NCBI GenBank assembly: GCA_963726255.1
Contig: CAVSBL010000002.1
Span: 1,248,001 to 1,312,000, forward strand
DNA from: Candidatus Bathyarchaeota archaeon
GTDB taxonomy: Archaea; Thermoproteota; Bathyarchaeia; 40CM-2-53-6
Length of the DNA stretch: 64,000 bases
Direction: 5' to 3'
The notes below the pieces were generated by a model that saw nothing but the letters and a program-made list of their open reading frames with translations, did not search any database and had not been told where the DNA came from. This document shows, piece after piece, positions 8,087-18,665 of the stretch. Every line of letters begins with the position of its first letter. Within the stretch, counting starts at the first letter, position 1. A program made the translations under genes and the position numbers.

Positions 8087-9778
8087 CTAAGCGACCTTTC
8101 TCGTGGGGTGGCGGATGGAGACCAACCGGAGCATGACCAATGCGAGGAATGAGGTTGCCACGAGGAAACCGACTCCCAGAGCGCGTTCGGCCGGAGTCAC
8201 TGGAACCACTCCCCTAATCCAGCTCACGAGCAAGATGGGTGCGGTTTGTAGAGTGGTAGCAACCGCTGATGTGGCACCTGTTTCGTCAACACTCCTTGTG
8301 AAGACCAAGATAGCCCCAGAAAGTAAAGAGTACTTTGTGAGTGGCAGGGTTATTTTTCGAAAGACCCGAAGAGGCATGGCGCCCAATGTTTTTGCAGCGT
8401 CCTCAAGTTCGGGTGCTATTCCTTGAATCGAGGCCGCCATTGTACGAACAAAATAGCTGTAAGTTATTGTTGTGTGGGCGAGTACGATTACCCAGAATTC
8501 GGGTAAGGCACCCATGTTGCGCCAGAAGAAGTTCAACGAAACGCCAAGTGCCAGAGAAGGCACGATTATCGGGAGGTCGACGAGCGCATCGATAACCCTC
8601 CCCAACCTTGTTCCGAATCTGTTCCGCGCAATCAGGATAGCCACTGGCAATCCGGATACGATGTTCACGATTGTCGCTAGCACAGCAACCACGTAGGATA
8701 GGAGCATACTCGACCAGAAGGGCTTCCAAGGCCCTGCTCCGGCAAGGGCCTCTGTTGCCGTCCCGCCAGCAACTGCCTGTATTGCCGGCAGGGCGATGAA
8801 AAGGCATGGAAGAAGGACGAATACCAGAAAAACGACCAGGCTGATCGCGTTTCTCGCGGAAACAACTGGGGACTTGCTTAGTTTTCTTTCAAGGTTAGGC
8901 CAAACCCTGAGCGGTGCAATCCTAATTCTGGGTGTAATGATTTTGATTAGTGCGAAAACCACGAGCGACGAGACGATTAGAACCAAGCTCGCAATGACAA
9001 CAGCGGACGTTAAGTGTGATCCACGTGCATTGCTAATGAATACGGTTCCGTTCTCGAAAGCGCCGGCTACAACAATCGTTGCCCCTGTTTCCGAGAGTGA
9101 ACGCGCCAATGCCAACAGGAACGCAGCCAGTATACCGGGTCTGAGTATAGGCATGGTCACAGTTCGTACTGCAGTGAATGCTGAGGCCCCGAGGGTTCGC
9201 GCTGCGACTTCGTAAGTCTCGCGGTAGTTCAGAAACTCACCCACCATGACGCGTACAATCACTGGAAACGAGAATGCGAAGTGAAGCAACATAATCAGGA
9301 TGGCTCCTGAAGTCACAAGGCTAGTACCTCCGAAAAGTTGTGCGATACCCCCTGGGCTGCTCCAGAACTCCAATATTGAGAAACCCAAAGCGACAGTGGG
9401 GACTATGAATGGGATATCAGCGAGGCTGTCGAGAATTGTCGTCCAATGCCCTCGCCTTCTGACAATAAGCCAAGCCAACGGTATGCCGCATAAGACATCT
9501 AAACTTGATACGACTAGTCCGATCACGAACGACCATGTTATGGCGCCCCGCATTCTAATTGCAACATCAGCGTTCAAAGCCAAACTGGGAAGTGAAATCA
9601 GTTGAGCGACTATTCCTGCAATCGCGGGGGTTATCACGATCAGAATGAAGAAAATGACTGCAATAGAGTACACTCCCTTCGTCATGCCGGCCCTAGCAGA
9701 GAATCGTTCCAAGAATAAGAGAAAGCGACCAAGAACTGAGGTTGAGTTGGCAGCCCGGGGTCTTGTGTCCTGCACCAC
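8087..9778 (-). CDS. ABC transporter permease with duplicated TM domain (FbpB/ThiP/CysT-like)
   Basis: Two EAA loops (YEVAARTLGAS, LEDAAKTLGA) and about 12 TM segments. Confidence 0.9.
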   Translation of the reverse strand: MVQDTRPRAANSTSVLGRFLLFLERFSARAGMTKGVYSIAVIFFILIVITPAIAGIVAQLISLPSLALNADVAIRMRGAITWSFVIGLVVSSLDVLCGIPLAWLIVRRRGHWTTILDSLADIPFIVPTVALGFSILEFWSSPGGIAQLFGGTSLVTSGAILIMLLHFAFSFPVIVRVMVGEFLNYRETYEVAARTLGASAFTAVRTVTMPILRPGILAAFLLALARSLSETGATIVVAGAFENGTVFISNARGSHLTSAVVIASLVLIVSSLVVFALIKIITPRIRIAPLRVWPNLERKLSKSPVVSARNAISLVVFLVFVLLPCLFIALPAIQAVAGGTATEALAGAGPWKPFWSSMLLSYVVAVLATIVNIVSGLPVAILIARNRFGTRLGRVIDALVDLPIIVPSLALGVSLNFFWRNMGALPEFWVIVLAHTTITYSYFVRTMAASIQGIAPELEDAAKTLGAMPLRVFRKITLPLTKYSLLSGAILVFTRSVDETGATSAVATTLQTAPILLVSWIRGVVPVTPAERALGVGFLVATSFLALVMLRLVSIRHPTRKVA

Positions 9779-10026
9779 TCACTCAACCCATCAGAGTTAG
9801 ACTTCAGACCACTTAAGAATATGATGCGCTAGACTTTACATTTGTGGACCTTTTTTTGAAAACTACATACCAACCGGCTACTGCGGAATCCGGTCAAGGC
9901 GACTGGAGACCAAGTAGCAGTTGCTCAATCACCTCCTTTCGGTCTGCTGCTCAAATTTCCAAATTGTGAATTTGATAGCAAGATTCGGAGTCAAACTAGT
10001 TATTTTATCGTGAGTAACATCCGCGC

Positions 10027-11154
10027 ATGATAAGTATCCAAGAGAGAAATACCGACTTGCATGGAAAATCGGATGTTCAAGAGATTCTCCGCACAGAGGA
10101 TAAGAGATGGAGAGCAGTGCTCGCCAGAAATGGGAATTTCGATGGCACATTCGTGTTTGCCGTGCGGTCGACCGGGATTTATTGTAAACCATCATGCGCA
10201 GCTAGACGCCCGAACAGAGCACAAGTCGTGTTCTTTTCTGGGCCGGATGCGGCTGAGCTATCTGGTTTTCGACCATGTCGGCGTTGCCGTCCTCGGGATC
10301 TTGGATCTTCCCCTAGGGCAGTATTGATTGCGCGTGTATGCAAACACATAGAGGCCAACCTAGACACCAAGCTTAGTCTTTCAACACTCAGCGCTGAAGC
10401 GGGGATTAGTCCATACCATTTTCAACGAATCTTCAAACAAGTCGTCGGCATTTCACCGCGCCAGTATGTCGAAGCCCGTCGCTTGTCAAAGATGAAACGT
10501 TCGCTAAGGAATGGGCAAACCGTGGAGAAGGCACTCTACGGCGCTGGCTTCAGTTCAAGAAGTAGGCTCTACGAGAAAGTCCCGAATCAAATTGGCGTCA
10601 ATCCGGGGACGCTTCGCCGAGGCGGAGTTGGGTTAAGCATCGAGTACACAATCGTGGACTGCCCCCTAGGCCGTTTACTCGTGGGCGCCACGGCTCGTGG
10701 GATATGTGCTGTTTGCATGGGTGATTCAGATGCGGCAGTCGAGGCCGCGCTCACTGAAGACTACCCGTCGGCAGATATCCGCAGAAACGATAAGAGGATG
10801 CGCAGATGGGTCAACACGCTCACAAACTATCTTGGTGGCCAAGAATTCGACCTCAATTTACCAGTAGACGTTCGGGCCACCGCATTTCAATGGAGAGTCT
10901 GGAGCGAAATCAAATCTGTTCCGTACGGCAATACCACGACATACAGCAAAATCGCAAACGCCTTGGGAGAGCCCAATGCCGCCCGTGCTGTAGCTCGGGC
11001 TTGCGCGACTAATCCAGTTTCACTTGTGATCCCATGCCATCGAGTAGTTGGCGAAGATGGAGGACCGCATGGCTATCGTTGGGGGAAGAAGAGGAAGCAA
11101 GCCCTGCTGTTGCTTGAGCAGACGGCTCAACGCGAAGCTCCCAAAGCTGTCTAG
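10027..11154 (+). CDS. ada: Bifunctional Ada transcriptional activator / O6-methylguanine-DNA methyltransferase
   Basis: STGIYCKPSC..RPCRRC Zn site, AraC-type HTH, IPCHRV active site. Confidence 0.93.
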   Translation: MISIQERNTDLHGKSDVQEILRTEDKRWRAVLARNGNFDGTFVFAVRSTGIYCKPSCAARRPNRAQVVFFSGPDAAELSGFRPCRRCRPRDLGSSPRAVLIARVCKHIEANLDTKLSLSTLSAEAGISPYHFQRIFKQVVGISPRQYVEARRLSKMKRSLRNGQTVEKALYGAGFSSRSRLYEKVPNQIGVNPGTLRRGGVGLSIEYTIVDCPLGRLLVGATARGICAVCMGDSDAAVEAALTEDYPSADIRRNDKRMRRWVNTLTNYLGGQEFDLNLPVDVRATAFQWRVWSEIKSVPYGNTTTYSKIANALGEPNAARAVARACATNPVSLVIPCHRVVGEDGGPHGYRWGKKRKQALLLLEQTAQREAPKAV

Positions 11155-11187
11155 AACACAAATTGGAAAAGGAAACTCGACACGAAG

Positions 11188-12087
11188 ATGGTACCAAGGA
11201 AAACAATAACCCCTAGCTTTAGGGCCCAGATTTTCAATTACGGCCTTGTAATAACTCTCAGCGTAATCTGGGGGTTGGCCTTTGTCGCAATTAGGAGAGC
11301 CGAGTTCGAGCTAAGCCCAGTTAACCTGACCATTCTAAGATGGTTGATAGCGTCTGGAGGTTTCTTGGTCTTGGCTCCTGTCTTTGGGAGACCCAAGAAA
11401 CCTGTACAGAAACGACATATTCCCAGAATCCTTCTGGTTTCCTTCGCAAGTGTTGTTGGCTATCATCTATCGTTGAACTACGCTGAGACGATTGTGTCGT
11501 CTGGCCTTGCAGGACTTTTGATTTCGTTCGGGCCCATATTCATTGTATTGCTCTCGGCGTTATTCTTGAAAGAGAAAATCGGAAGGAGGTTGATGCTTGC
11601 TTTGGCGTTGGCGGTAGTTGGCGCCGTGGTCCTTTCAATCAATGCGGATCTAAGTTTTCTACAGGTTACAGGCCCGTTTGCAGTCATATTGGCGGCGTTT
11701 ATGTACGGAATATTCTCTGTGGCTTCTAAGCCGCTTGTGAAGGAGTACGGTGCTTTACCTACGGCGATATGGGTTGCAGCAATTGGTACGGTTTTCGCTC
11801 TGCCCATGATTTCATGGCAGTTCTTCGCTCAGGTTTTCACTCTCTCAGTTGTGGGATGGCTTTCTGTGCTCTATCTCGCAGTTTTGAGTACAGTGGTTGC
11901 TAACATGATACTCTACACGCTCATTAGCAACCGTGCTGTCTCCCGGCTTTCAGTGCAACTTTACTTGGTTCCTTTGGTGAGTTTGGTAGGCGGAATATTG
12001 CTGCTTGGTGAAAGCTTTTCAACGTTCACGGTCGTGGGTGCATGTTTCCTTTTCGCAGCGATAGCTCTCGCCACGCACAAGCACTGA
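11188..12087 (+). CDS. DMT/EamA family transporter
   Basis: IWGLAF; about 10 TM in two EamA repeats; LLLGE. Confidence 0.9.
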   Translation: MVPRKTITPSFRAQIFNYGLVITLSVIWGLAFVAIRRAEFELSPVNLTILRWLIASGGFLVLAPVFGRPKKPVQKRHIPRILLVSFASVVGYHLSLNYAETIVSSGLAGLLISFGPIFIVLLSALFLKEKIGRRLMLALALAVVGAVVLSINADLSFLQVTGPFAVILAAFMYGIFSVASKPLVKEYGALPTAIWVAAIGTVFALPMISWQFFAQVFTLSVVGWLSVLYLAVLSTVVANMILYTLISNRAVSRLSVQLYLVPLVSLVGGILLLGESFSTFTVVGACFLFAAIALATHKH

Positions 12088-12176
12088 ATATCGCTTCTAC
12101 TGCCCGCAGGCGAGTACCATTGCTGACGCTATCCGAAACTACGTAAAGAAAACGCCCAACACAAGCTGAGCATAGG

Positions 12177-12395
12177 CTAACCAAAGACCAGCAAGACAAT
12201 ACCCACTGCATAATAGAATATGAAAACTGCACTAAACCCCGTTCTCACGATCCAATGATTTGCTCGCAGCTGTCTGCCGAAGAAGTCGAAGGTCCCATCT
12301 CCCCTGGTCAACGCGTACCAGTAGACGTTAGTGTCGTAGACACCAAAGACAAGCAGGGAAGCGCCAACGAGCTTCAGGAAAATACTCGGCAGCAT
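12177..12395 (-). CDS. Small membrane protein (2 TM)
   Basis: ATG ORF with two hydrophobic helices, downstream of thrC on the same strand. Confidence 0.55.
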   Translation of the reverse strand: MLPSIFLKLVGASLLVFGVYDTNVYWYALTRGDGTFDFFGRQLRANHWIVRTGFSAVFIFYYAVGIVLLVFG

Positions 12396-12422
12396 AAGGC
12401 TTCATTCATCCAATGCGGTAAG

Positions 12423-13616
12423 TCACTTTAAGATGAGATCTGGGTAGAGAATGCCTGAACCCGTGTTGTATAGTAGAACTTCTTCGTCCGTGTCAATGTA
12501 ACCACTCTCTCTAAGTTGAGGCAGACAGGCGTAGGTTGCGGCTCCCTCCGGGCACACCCAGATACCTTCCCGTTTCGCAATATCCTTCATTGCGCGCACC
12601 ATATCCTCGTCCGACACGGCTACGGCCGTTCCATTGTTTTCGGTGATAGTTCTGATGATCAGGTAATCGCCAAAGGGTTTAGGAACACGCAATCCAGCTG
12701 CAATCGTCGCCGGATTAATCCAAAATTCGCAACTATCTTTGCCTTCCTTGAGTGCTTTCACTACCGGTGCGCAAGTTGTGGATTGCACGGATACCATACG
12801 CGGCCGTTTTATGGAGATCAAGCCTATTCTTTCAAGTTCATCGAACGCCTTCCACATCCCTACAATTCCTGTTCCACCTCCGGTGGGGTAAACTATCACA
12901 TCAGGAAGTGCCCAGTCGAATTGTTCAGCGATCTCGAAGCCCATCGTTTTCTTTCCCTCGACCCTGTAAGGTTCCTTCATCGTAGACAATATCATCCAAC
13001 CATTTTCCTTACCCGCCTTGTCGACCATTCTTCCTGCGTCCGAAATCGACCCGTCCACGAGAGTTACGTTGGCCCCGTAAATTTCACATTCAAGTTTGAT
13101 GGGGTTGGGAGTGTCTTTAGGCATGTAGACATAGGACTCGAGGCCGGCCCTTGAAGCGTAAGCGGACATTGCAGCGCCAGCGTTTCCCGCGGTGGAAACC
13201 GCAACCTTCCTGATGCCTAATTCTTTGCATTTCGAAATGGCCGAAGCCATCCCTCGCGCTTTGAAAGTTCCAGTCGGAATCAACCCGTCATCTTTCATGA
13301 ACAGGTTCTTCATATCGAACGATTTGCCAGCTTTTCTTAGCTGCATTATGGGTGTGAATCCTTCTCCGAGGGTAATCACGTTCAACTCGTCTTTGATGGG
13401 CAGTAACTCGCGGTAGCGCCACATGCTTTTGACACGTGACTGGAGGACTGGTTTGGAGAGGTGTTCCGCAACATTGTCGAGATCATATCGGGCGAACAGA
13501 ACGCCTGTACAATCATCGCACACTGTTTGCACTGAATCTGCGTTATGCTTCTTCCCGCACCTAGTGCACTCCAAGTGGGACAGGAACAGGCTAGAAGTAG
13601 TGGTTGAGGACTTCAT
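12423..13616 (-). CDS. thrC: Threonine synthase (PLP fold II)
   Basis: N-terminal Zn ribbon, TLGEGFTP, PTGTFKARG, STAGNAG, PTGGGTG. Confidence 0.88.
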   Translation of the reverse strand: MKSSTTTSSLFLSHLECTRCGKKHNADSVQTVCDDCTGVLFARYDLDNVAEHLSKPVLQSRVKSMWRYRELLPIKDELNVITLGEGFTPIMQLRKAGKSFDMKNLFMKDDGLIPTGTFKARGMASAISKCKELGIRKVAVSTAGNAGAAMSAYASRAGLESYVYMPKDTPNPIKLECEIYGANVTLVDGSISDAGRMVDKAGKENGWMILSTMKEPYRVEGKKTMGFEIAEQFDWALPDVIVYPTGGGTGIVGMWKAFDELERIGLISIKRPRMVSVQSTTCAPVVKALKEGKDSCEFWINPATIAAGLRVPKPFGDYLIIRTITENNGTAVAVSDEDMVRAMKDIAKREGIWVCPEGAATYACLPQLRESGYIDTDEEVLLYNTGSGILYPDLILK

Positions 13617-14565
13617 TTACGTTAGCTTCGTAGTCTCCGAAGGGTGACGGCGAGATGAAAAGGTCATCTACGCCATTCTCGTGATATTCCTTAACTCGCT
13701 CTCTTAGCCCGCGCACCGTCCCAAGAACCTCTAGCTTGTCGATCATCTGACGGCTCACGCTTCGTTTAACAGCGTCTCGGTCTTTCGCTTTCCAAGCATT
13801 CATCATTGCCTTTGCTTCTGATGCGAACCCTAAGTTTGTGAAGAGTGCTGAGTAGGCTGGTGCGCTGGCGTAGAAGCTGACTAGGTCCTTGGCAGCGTCC
13901 AAGCCTTTCTCATCATCGCCCAGAACGTAGGAGTAGAGCATAACCGACAATGTGGGACGGCCTTTTCCGCCGGCCTCTCGGCATCCTTCATCGATAAGTG
14001 AAATCGCGTGTTTGATTCGGTCGGTTGGATAGAGGTTCAAAATCACCCTGTCTCCGAGCTGGGCCGCCTTCTTAATCATCTGGTCGTTCAGGGCGGCTAG
14101 AGCAATCTTGGGTGGTGGTTTGGTCCTCAGCCTTGCATTCGTAGGTGAAGAATACGTGCCCTGGTGGCTGAATTTCTCTCCGGAAAAGTATTGGCGGAGA
14201 AGTTTGACGGTTTCCTCAAGCCTTTGCACCGGCCTTTCGAAGCGTTGGCCGTGCCAACTCTCAACGATTGCAGCTGTGCTAACACCTAACCCCAGTGTGA
14301 ATCTCCCTCCGCTGAACTCATTAAGAGTCGCTCCCAAGAGAGCCAATTGACTTGCAGACCTGGTGAAAACGTTTACAATGGACGTCCCTAGTGGGATCTT
14401 TCGCGTTGAACATGCGGCAATTGTAGCGAGCACCGACGCATCGCGCAATGTTGTCTCGCCAAACCAGACTCCACCGAAACCTTTCTGCTCCGCCGCGCGG
14501 CTTATCTCGGGTATCCGCAGAGACGAGATGTCTCCGTTTCCGCTCAACATAATGCTGGTAGACAT
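13591..14565 (-). CDS. LLM-class (luciferase-like, likely F420-dependent) oxidoreductase
   Basis: AEQKGFGGVWFGE, LGTSIVN, SGGRFTLGLG. Confidence 0.88.
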   Translation of the reverse strand: MSTSIMLSGNGDISSLRIPEISRAAEQKGFGGVWFGETTLRDASVLATIAACSTRKIPLGTSIVNVFTRSASQLALLGATLNEFSGGRFTLGLGVSTAAIVESWHGQRFERPVQRLEETVKLLRQYFSGEKFSHQGTYSSPTNARLRTKPPPKIALAALNDQMIKKAAQLGDRVILNLYPTDRIKHAISLIDEGCREAGGKGRPTLSVMLYSYVLGDDEKGLDAAKDLVSFYASAPAYSALFTNLGFASEAKAMMNAWKAKDRDAVKRSVSRQMIDKLEVLGTVRGLRERVKEYHENGVDDLFISPSPFGDYEANVNEVLNHYF

Positions 14566-14646
14566 TGTAGATTGCGTGGCTTGCCTGCTTTGGTTAAAAG
14601 GCTAACGAAATAGCTCTGTTAGTATAGCATCTGGGTCGGAAGATAC

Positions 14647-16260
14647 TTGCACGAGGTCGAGATCAGTAATCTGTCATTCACCTACGAGAACCGTACCAAG
14701 CCAGCCTTGGACGCAGTCAATCTCACAATAGATAATCGTGATTTCATTCTTCTTGCGGGTGCCAGCGGCTCGGGAAAGTCTACCTTGCTGAAGTGCATCA
14801 ATGGGTTGATTCCCCATCGCTACGTGGGCCAATACTCTGGCAATGTGAGCGTACGGGGCAAGCCGGTTCCGGAGTCCCCGTTCCTCAAACTCTCCCTGAC
14901 CGTTGGTACGGTGTTGCAAGAGGCGGACAAGCAACTCGTGTCATCGATTGTCGAAGACGACGTATCTTTCGGGCCAGGGAACTTAGCTCTACCGAGGCAC
15001 GAGGTCGAGCGCCGCGTTATGCACAGCCTCGAATCAATGGACATTCTCCAGTTGCAACGGCGGTCTATTTTTGAAATCTCGGGCGGGCAGAAGCAGAGAC
15101 TGGCCATTGCCGACGTCCTGGCAATGGAACCAGATATCTTGCTATTCGACGAACCGTTGGCCAACCTCGACTCTAATGGCGTTAAGCTCATGCAAGGCAT
15201 CTTCCGCGATTTTCACTCTTCGGGCAAAACCATAATCGTAGCTGAACATCGAACAGAGGAGGTCCTGCGAGCCAACCCAACGCGGATTGTAATAATCAAC
15301 GAAGGCCGCGTTGTAGCTGATAAGAAAGACCACGAGGTCTTAATCGAATTTGGGGACGTCATCAAGATTCCTGCTGAATACATGCTCCGCAGAAATCATT
15401 ATCTCGAAAGAGAATCCACAGTAGAGACTGTTAACACGAAGCGGCAGCAACTGGGCCAAGAGTTGATCCGAGTTGAGAACCTCAACTTCGAATATCCCGG
15501 AGGAATAAGAGCGCTTAGGAATCTAAACTTGGTCATACGCGAGGGCGAAAGGATAGCACTACTAGGTAACAATGGTGCGGGAAAGTCAACGCTTGCCCTA
15601 AGCCTCGTCGGGTTGCTGAAACCAACATCAGGCCGAGTCCTCGTGACCGGTGAAGACACACGCAATCTAACCACAGCCGAGATTGCTCGTTCAATATGCC
15701 TCGTTTTCCAAAGCCCCTTCTCAATGCTCTTCGCAAGAACGGTCCGGGATGAACTGAGCTTTGGCCCAAAGAACATCGGTGTCTCACCAGATACGATTTC
15801 GAAGATCGTCCCTGAAACCGCAAAACAATGCTCGATAAGCCATCTGCTTGATAACTCCCCTTTCGCCTCCAGTTTCGGCGAAAAGAAACGAATCTGCGTA
15901 GGTTCCGTGCTAACAATGGAACCGAAGTGCATAATATTAGACGAACCGACGGCGGGTCAAGATTTCAAGAGCTACTCCAATTTCATGAATTTCATCTGCT
16001 CGCTGAGTGAGCGAGTCAAGTCATTCGTCGTGATCACACACGACCCAGACTTAGCAATAGAGTATACGGACCGGTCCATTGTCCTGAATGATGGCGCGGT
16101 CGTGGCAGATGGCCCAACTCGCACTATGCTCGCCGACCCTTCAATTCTCACTGCGGGCGCTATACGCGAAACTTCGCTTATCGAAATCTCGCGGAAAATC
16201 ACGAGCGGTAAATCGGTGTTGACTCTCGCGGAACTCGCACGTGCCTCTGGAAAGAGCTAG
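14647..16260 (+). CDS. ECF transporter ATPase with two fused ABC domains
   Basis: GASGSGKS and GNNGAGKS; two DEP motifs. Confidence 0.92.
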   Translation: MHEVEISNLSFTYENRTKPALDAVNLTIDNRDFILLAGASGSGKSTLLKCINGLIPHRYVGQYSGNVSVRGKPVPESPFLKLSLTVGTVLQEADKQLVSSIVEDDVSFGPGNLALPRHEVERRVMHSLESMDILQLQRRSIFEISGGQKQRLAIADVLAMEPDILLFDEPLANLDSNGVKLMQGIFRDFHSSGKTIIVAEHRTEEVLRANPTRIVIINEGRVVADKKDHEVLIEFGDVIKIPAEYMLRRNHYLERESTVETVNTKRQQLGQELIRVENLNFEYPGGIRALRNLNLVIREGERIALLGNNGAGKSTLALSLVGLLKPTSGRVLVTGEDTRNLTTAEIARSICLVFQSPFSMLFARTVRDELSFGPKNIGVSPDTISKIVPETAKQCSISHLLDNSPFASSFGEKKRICVGSVLTMEPKCIILDEPTAGQDFKSYSNFMNFICSLSERVKSFVVITHDPDLAIEYTDRSIVLNDGAVVADGPTRTMLADPSILTAGAIRETSLIEISRKITSGKSVLTLAELARASGKS

Positions 16261-16303
16261 CTCTTAAATAGATAGAACGCTGCATCGCCGCGTGTGAAGA
16301 AAA

Positions 16304-16873
16304 TTGGGCATGAAGGAAATGAAAGAATCAATGTTCTCTGCTAAGCAGATCGTCGCTATGGCAGTTGGCACAGCCCTCTACGCTGCTCTAACCATACCAT
16401 TCAACACTCTACAAATCCCAGGCGTCGGTTTAGTGGCCGTAAGGCCTACGGTTGCAATTCCAATGCTCTTCGGTTTTGTCTTCGGGCCCTTTACAGGGTT
16501 CGTTTCAGGATTTCTCGGCAACATACTCTCCGACGCAGTTTCGTTCGGCGGATTCTTCTGGAACTGGGACATCGGCAACGGCTTACTCGGCGCCATTCCT
16601 GGGATCGGCTACTTCATAGTTAAACGCACAGACTGGACCAAGGCACGAGCCCTAATAGCAGCCGCAGTACTCGCAATCGTCGGATCACTAATCGGAATCG
16701 CATTTGCCGCAATGACAGATTTCGCATTCCAAATAGGCCTTAGCACAATGGACGCAGCACTCATCGAATTCTATTCTGCAGGGGCAACGGACGCAGTCAA
16801 CGGAGCAATTTTGACCCCCATTCTCCTGTACGCCTACGCAAAGGCTACAGCTGGACGGGCACGACGAGTCTAG
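16304..16873 (+). CDS. ECF transporter S component
   Basis: FGPFTGFVSGFLGNILSD; lies in the ECF operon. Confidence 0.88.
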   Translation: MGMKEMKESMFSAKQIVAMAVGTALYAALTIPFNTLQIPGVGLVAVRPTVAIPMLFGFVFGPFTGFVSGFLGNILSDAVSFGGFFWNWDIGNGLLGAIPGIGYFIVKRTDWTKARALIAAAVLAIVGSLIGIAFAAMTDFAFQIGLSTMDAALIEFYSAGATDAVNGAILTPILLYAYAKATAGRARRV

Positions 16874-16883
16874 CAGAAACTAA

Positions 16884-17693
16884 ATGATCCGGATCAAGTA
16901 CTTTCCCGGGACAACCTTCCTACACAGGTTGGACCCGAGAACAAAATTCCTATTGATTATTCTGTTCATCTTCACAGAGGTCGCGTTTCTCGACATCAGG
17001 CTCTTGCTGTTTCCCTTCGTTGCTTCTATCCTACTCTACCTCTCAGCGAGAATTCCTTTCAAAGAAGTGAAGGGAACTTGGAAATTCCTGCTGACCATCA
17101 TTGTCATCATTTCATCTATCAACGCGTTCTTCACTTTTCTTGGGTACTCTGTCCCGCACCCTCACATTATCGCGCATTTCTGGGTGTTCAAGTTCACAGT
17201 TGAAGGCATCTTCTTCGCGGTGGCCTCAATCATGCGATTTCTCTCTTTGGCCATCATTTCGCTTTGCGTGATCATGACGACAGATCCGGGCCTTTACGCT
17301 CCCGCTCTCGCAAAACTGAAACTCCCGTACAAAGGCGCCTTCGTTGTGGACCTGGCCTTACGATACTTGCCAGTCTACGTGGACGAATTGGAGACGACGA
17401 TGAATGCGCAGATGGCCCGAGGTTTCAAAGTGAAAGCCAAGGGTGGCCTATTCGCCCGCATCCTTAACACTGTTCCACTCCTAGTCCCGGTTGCAATCAA
17501 CGCAATGCTCTCCATTTACGATGTAGCAGACGCTATGGAACTGCGGGCATTCGGCGCCGAAAGGAGCCGTACATGGTACCGAACGGTCCAGTTCAAGAGA
17601 ACAGATTATGTTTCCACGGTCACCTTGTTCTCGCTGCTTCTTTTGACCATCTTCCTTCGGACCAGAATCACGACTTACTGGATTCCAGCCTGA
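16884..17693 (+). CDS. ECF transporter T component (EcfT/CbiQ)
   Basis: LHRLDPRTK, AQMARG, AMELRAF. Confidence 0.92.
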   Translation: MIRIKYFPGTTFLHRLDPRTKFLLIILFIFTEVAFLDIRLLLFPFVASILLYLSARIPFKEVKGTWKFLLTIIVIISSINAFFTFLGYSVPHPHIIAHFWVFKFTVEGIFFAVASIMRFLSLAIISLCVIMTTDPGLYAPALAKLKLPYKGAFVVDLALRYLPVYVDELETTMNAQMARGFKVKAKGGLFARILNTVPLLVPVAINAMLSIYDVADAMELRAFGAERSRTWYRTVQFKRTDYVSTVTLFSLLLLTIFLRTRITTYWIPA

Positions 17694-17795
17694 CCTATGT
17701 GCTGAACTGGCTGTTTGGTTGGAAGCAAAGCGTTATTATGAGCGCCCCTGCAGAGTCCCAGTAACTAAGCCATATGGCATAAACGGGTCGGAAAA

Positions 17796-18176
17796 ATGGC
17801 AACAGTAATGCAACCACAGCTTAACTTCACCGAGAAGGCATTGGAAAGAGCGAAAGCCATATTGCAAAAGCCCGAAAACGTTGGGAAAGCCCTGAGGGTT
17901 TTCGTTTTTGGGGGCGGTTGCGCCGGCCTGAATTATGGTATGGCTATGGGGTTCGTGAAACCGGACGATTACGTTCTTGAAAGTGATGGGTACAAGATCG
18001 TTGTTGACCCGAAGAGCATGGACCTGTTGAAGGGAATGCAGGTGGACTATTACGAGAGCATTCAATCATCCGGGTTCAAATTCAACAACCCTAACGCTAT
18101 AGCGAGTTGCGGTTGTGGATTATCATTCAAAACAGCGCAGAAGACCGAAATGGCGCAACCGAAACCGTGCCACTGA
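17796..18176 (+). CDS. HesB/IscA-family Fe-S cluster assembly protein
   Basis: GGGCAGLNY, FNNPNA..SCGCGLSF. Confidence 0.93.
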   Translation: MATVMQPQLNFTEKALERAKAILQKPENVGKALRVFVFGGGCAGLNYGMAMGFVKPDDYVLESDGYKIVVDPKSMDLLKGMQVDYYESIQSSGFKFNNPNAIASCGCGLSFKTAQKTEMAQPKPCH

Positions 18177-18245
18177 ATAGAGAAAAAAGTCCTAGTTAGC
18201 GTATAACATAGGCTAGACATCTTTTTGCGAGCCGCGTTCAGCCTT

Positions 18246-18476
18246 TCAGGGGCCTTGCGGCGGGGACACTCTCTTGACGGCCAGTTGAATGTCCTGAGAT
18301 TTCACAGTCTTTCTTCCCGCATGGCGAGCCAGACCCGTCGCCTCTGTCCCAACCTTGACAGCATACTCCTCCAGAATCTTACCTAGTTCTTCAACGGCAT
18401 CGTCTCCGACCCTGTCAGCTCCGGCCATTTCGATGAGGCGGCGCACCGCGGCCGTGGAAAGTTCCTCGGGAGGCAT
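18246..18476 (-). CDS. Archaeal histone (HMf family)
   Basis: ELSTAAVRRLI..AGADRVGDDA...HAGRKTVKSQDIQLA. Confidence 0.93.
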   Translation of the reverse strand: MPPEELSTAAVRRLIEMAGADRVGDDAVEELGKILEEYAVKVGTEATGLARHAGRKTVKSQDIQLAVKRVSPPQGP

Positions 18477-18665
18477 GGAAGAAGCACAATTCTACACGTT
18501 TGCGGTTGGGGGCTATTAAACTTCCCCGGTAGGCGTAAGACGGGTTGATAGGTTGACGTTTGGTATTCTTTTGGCTTACATTGGGCGAAGCTAACAATTT
18601 TATTGCAAAAAACGCCTCATTTGAAGATGGGAAATTCACATGACCCGTATGAATTCGGGGGATAG

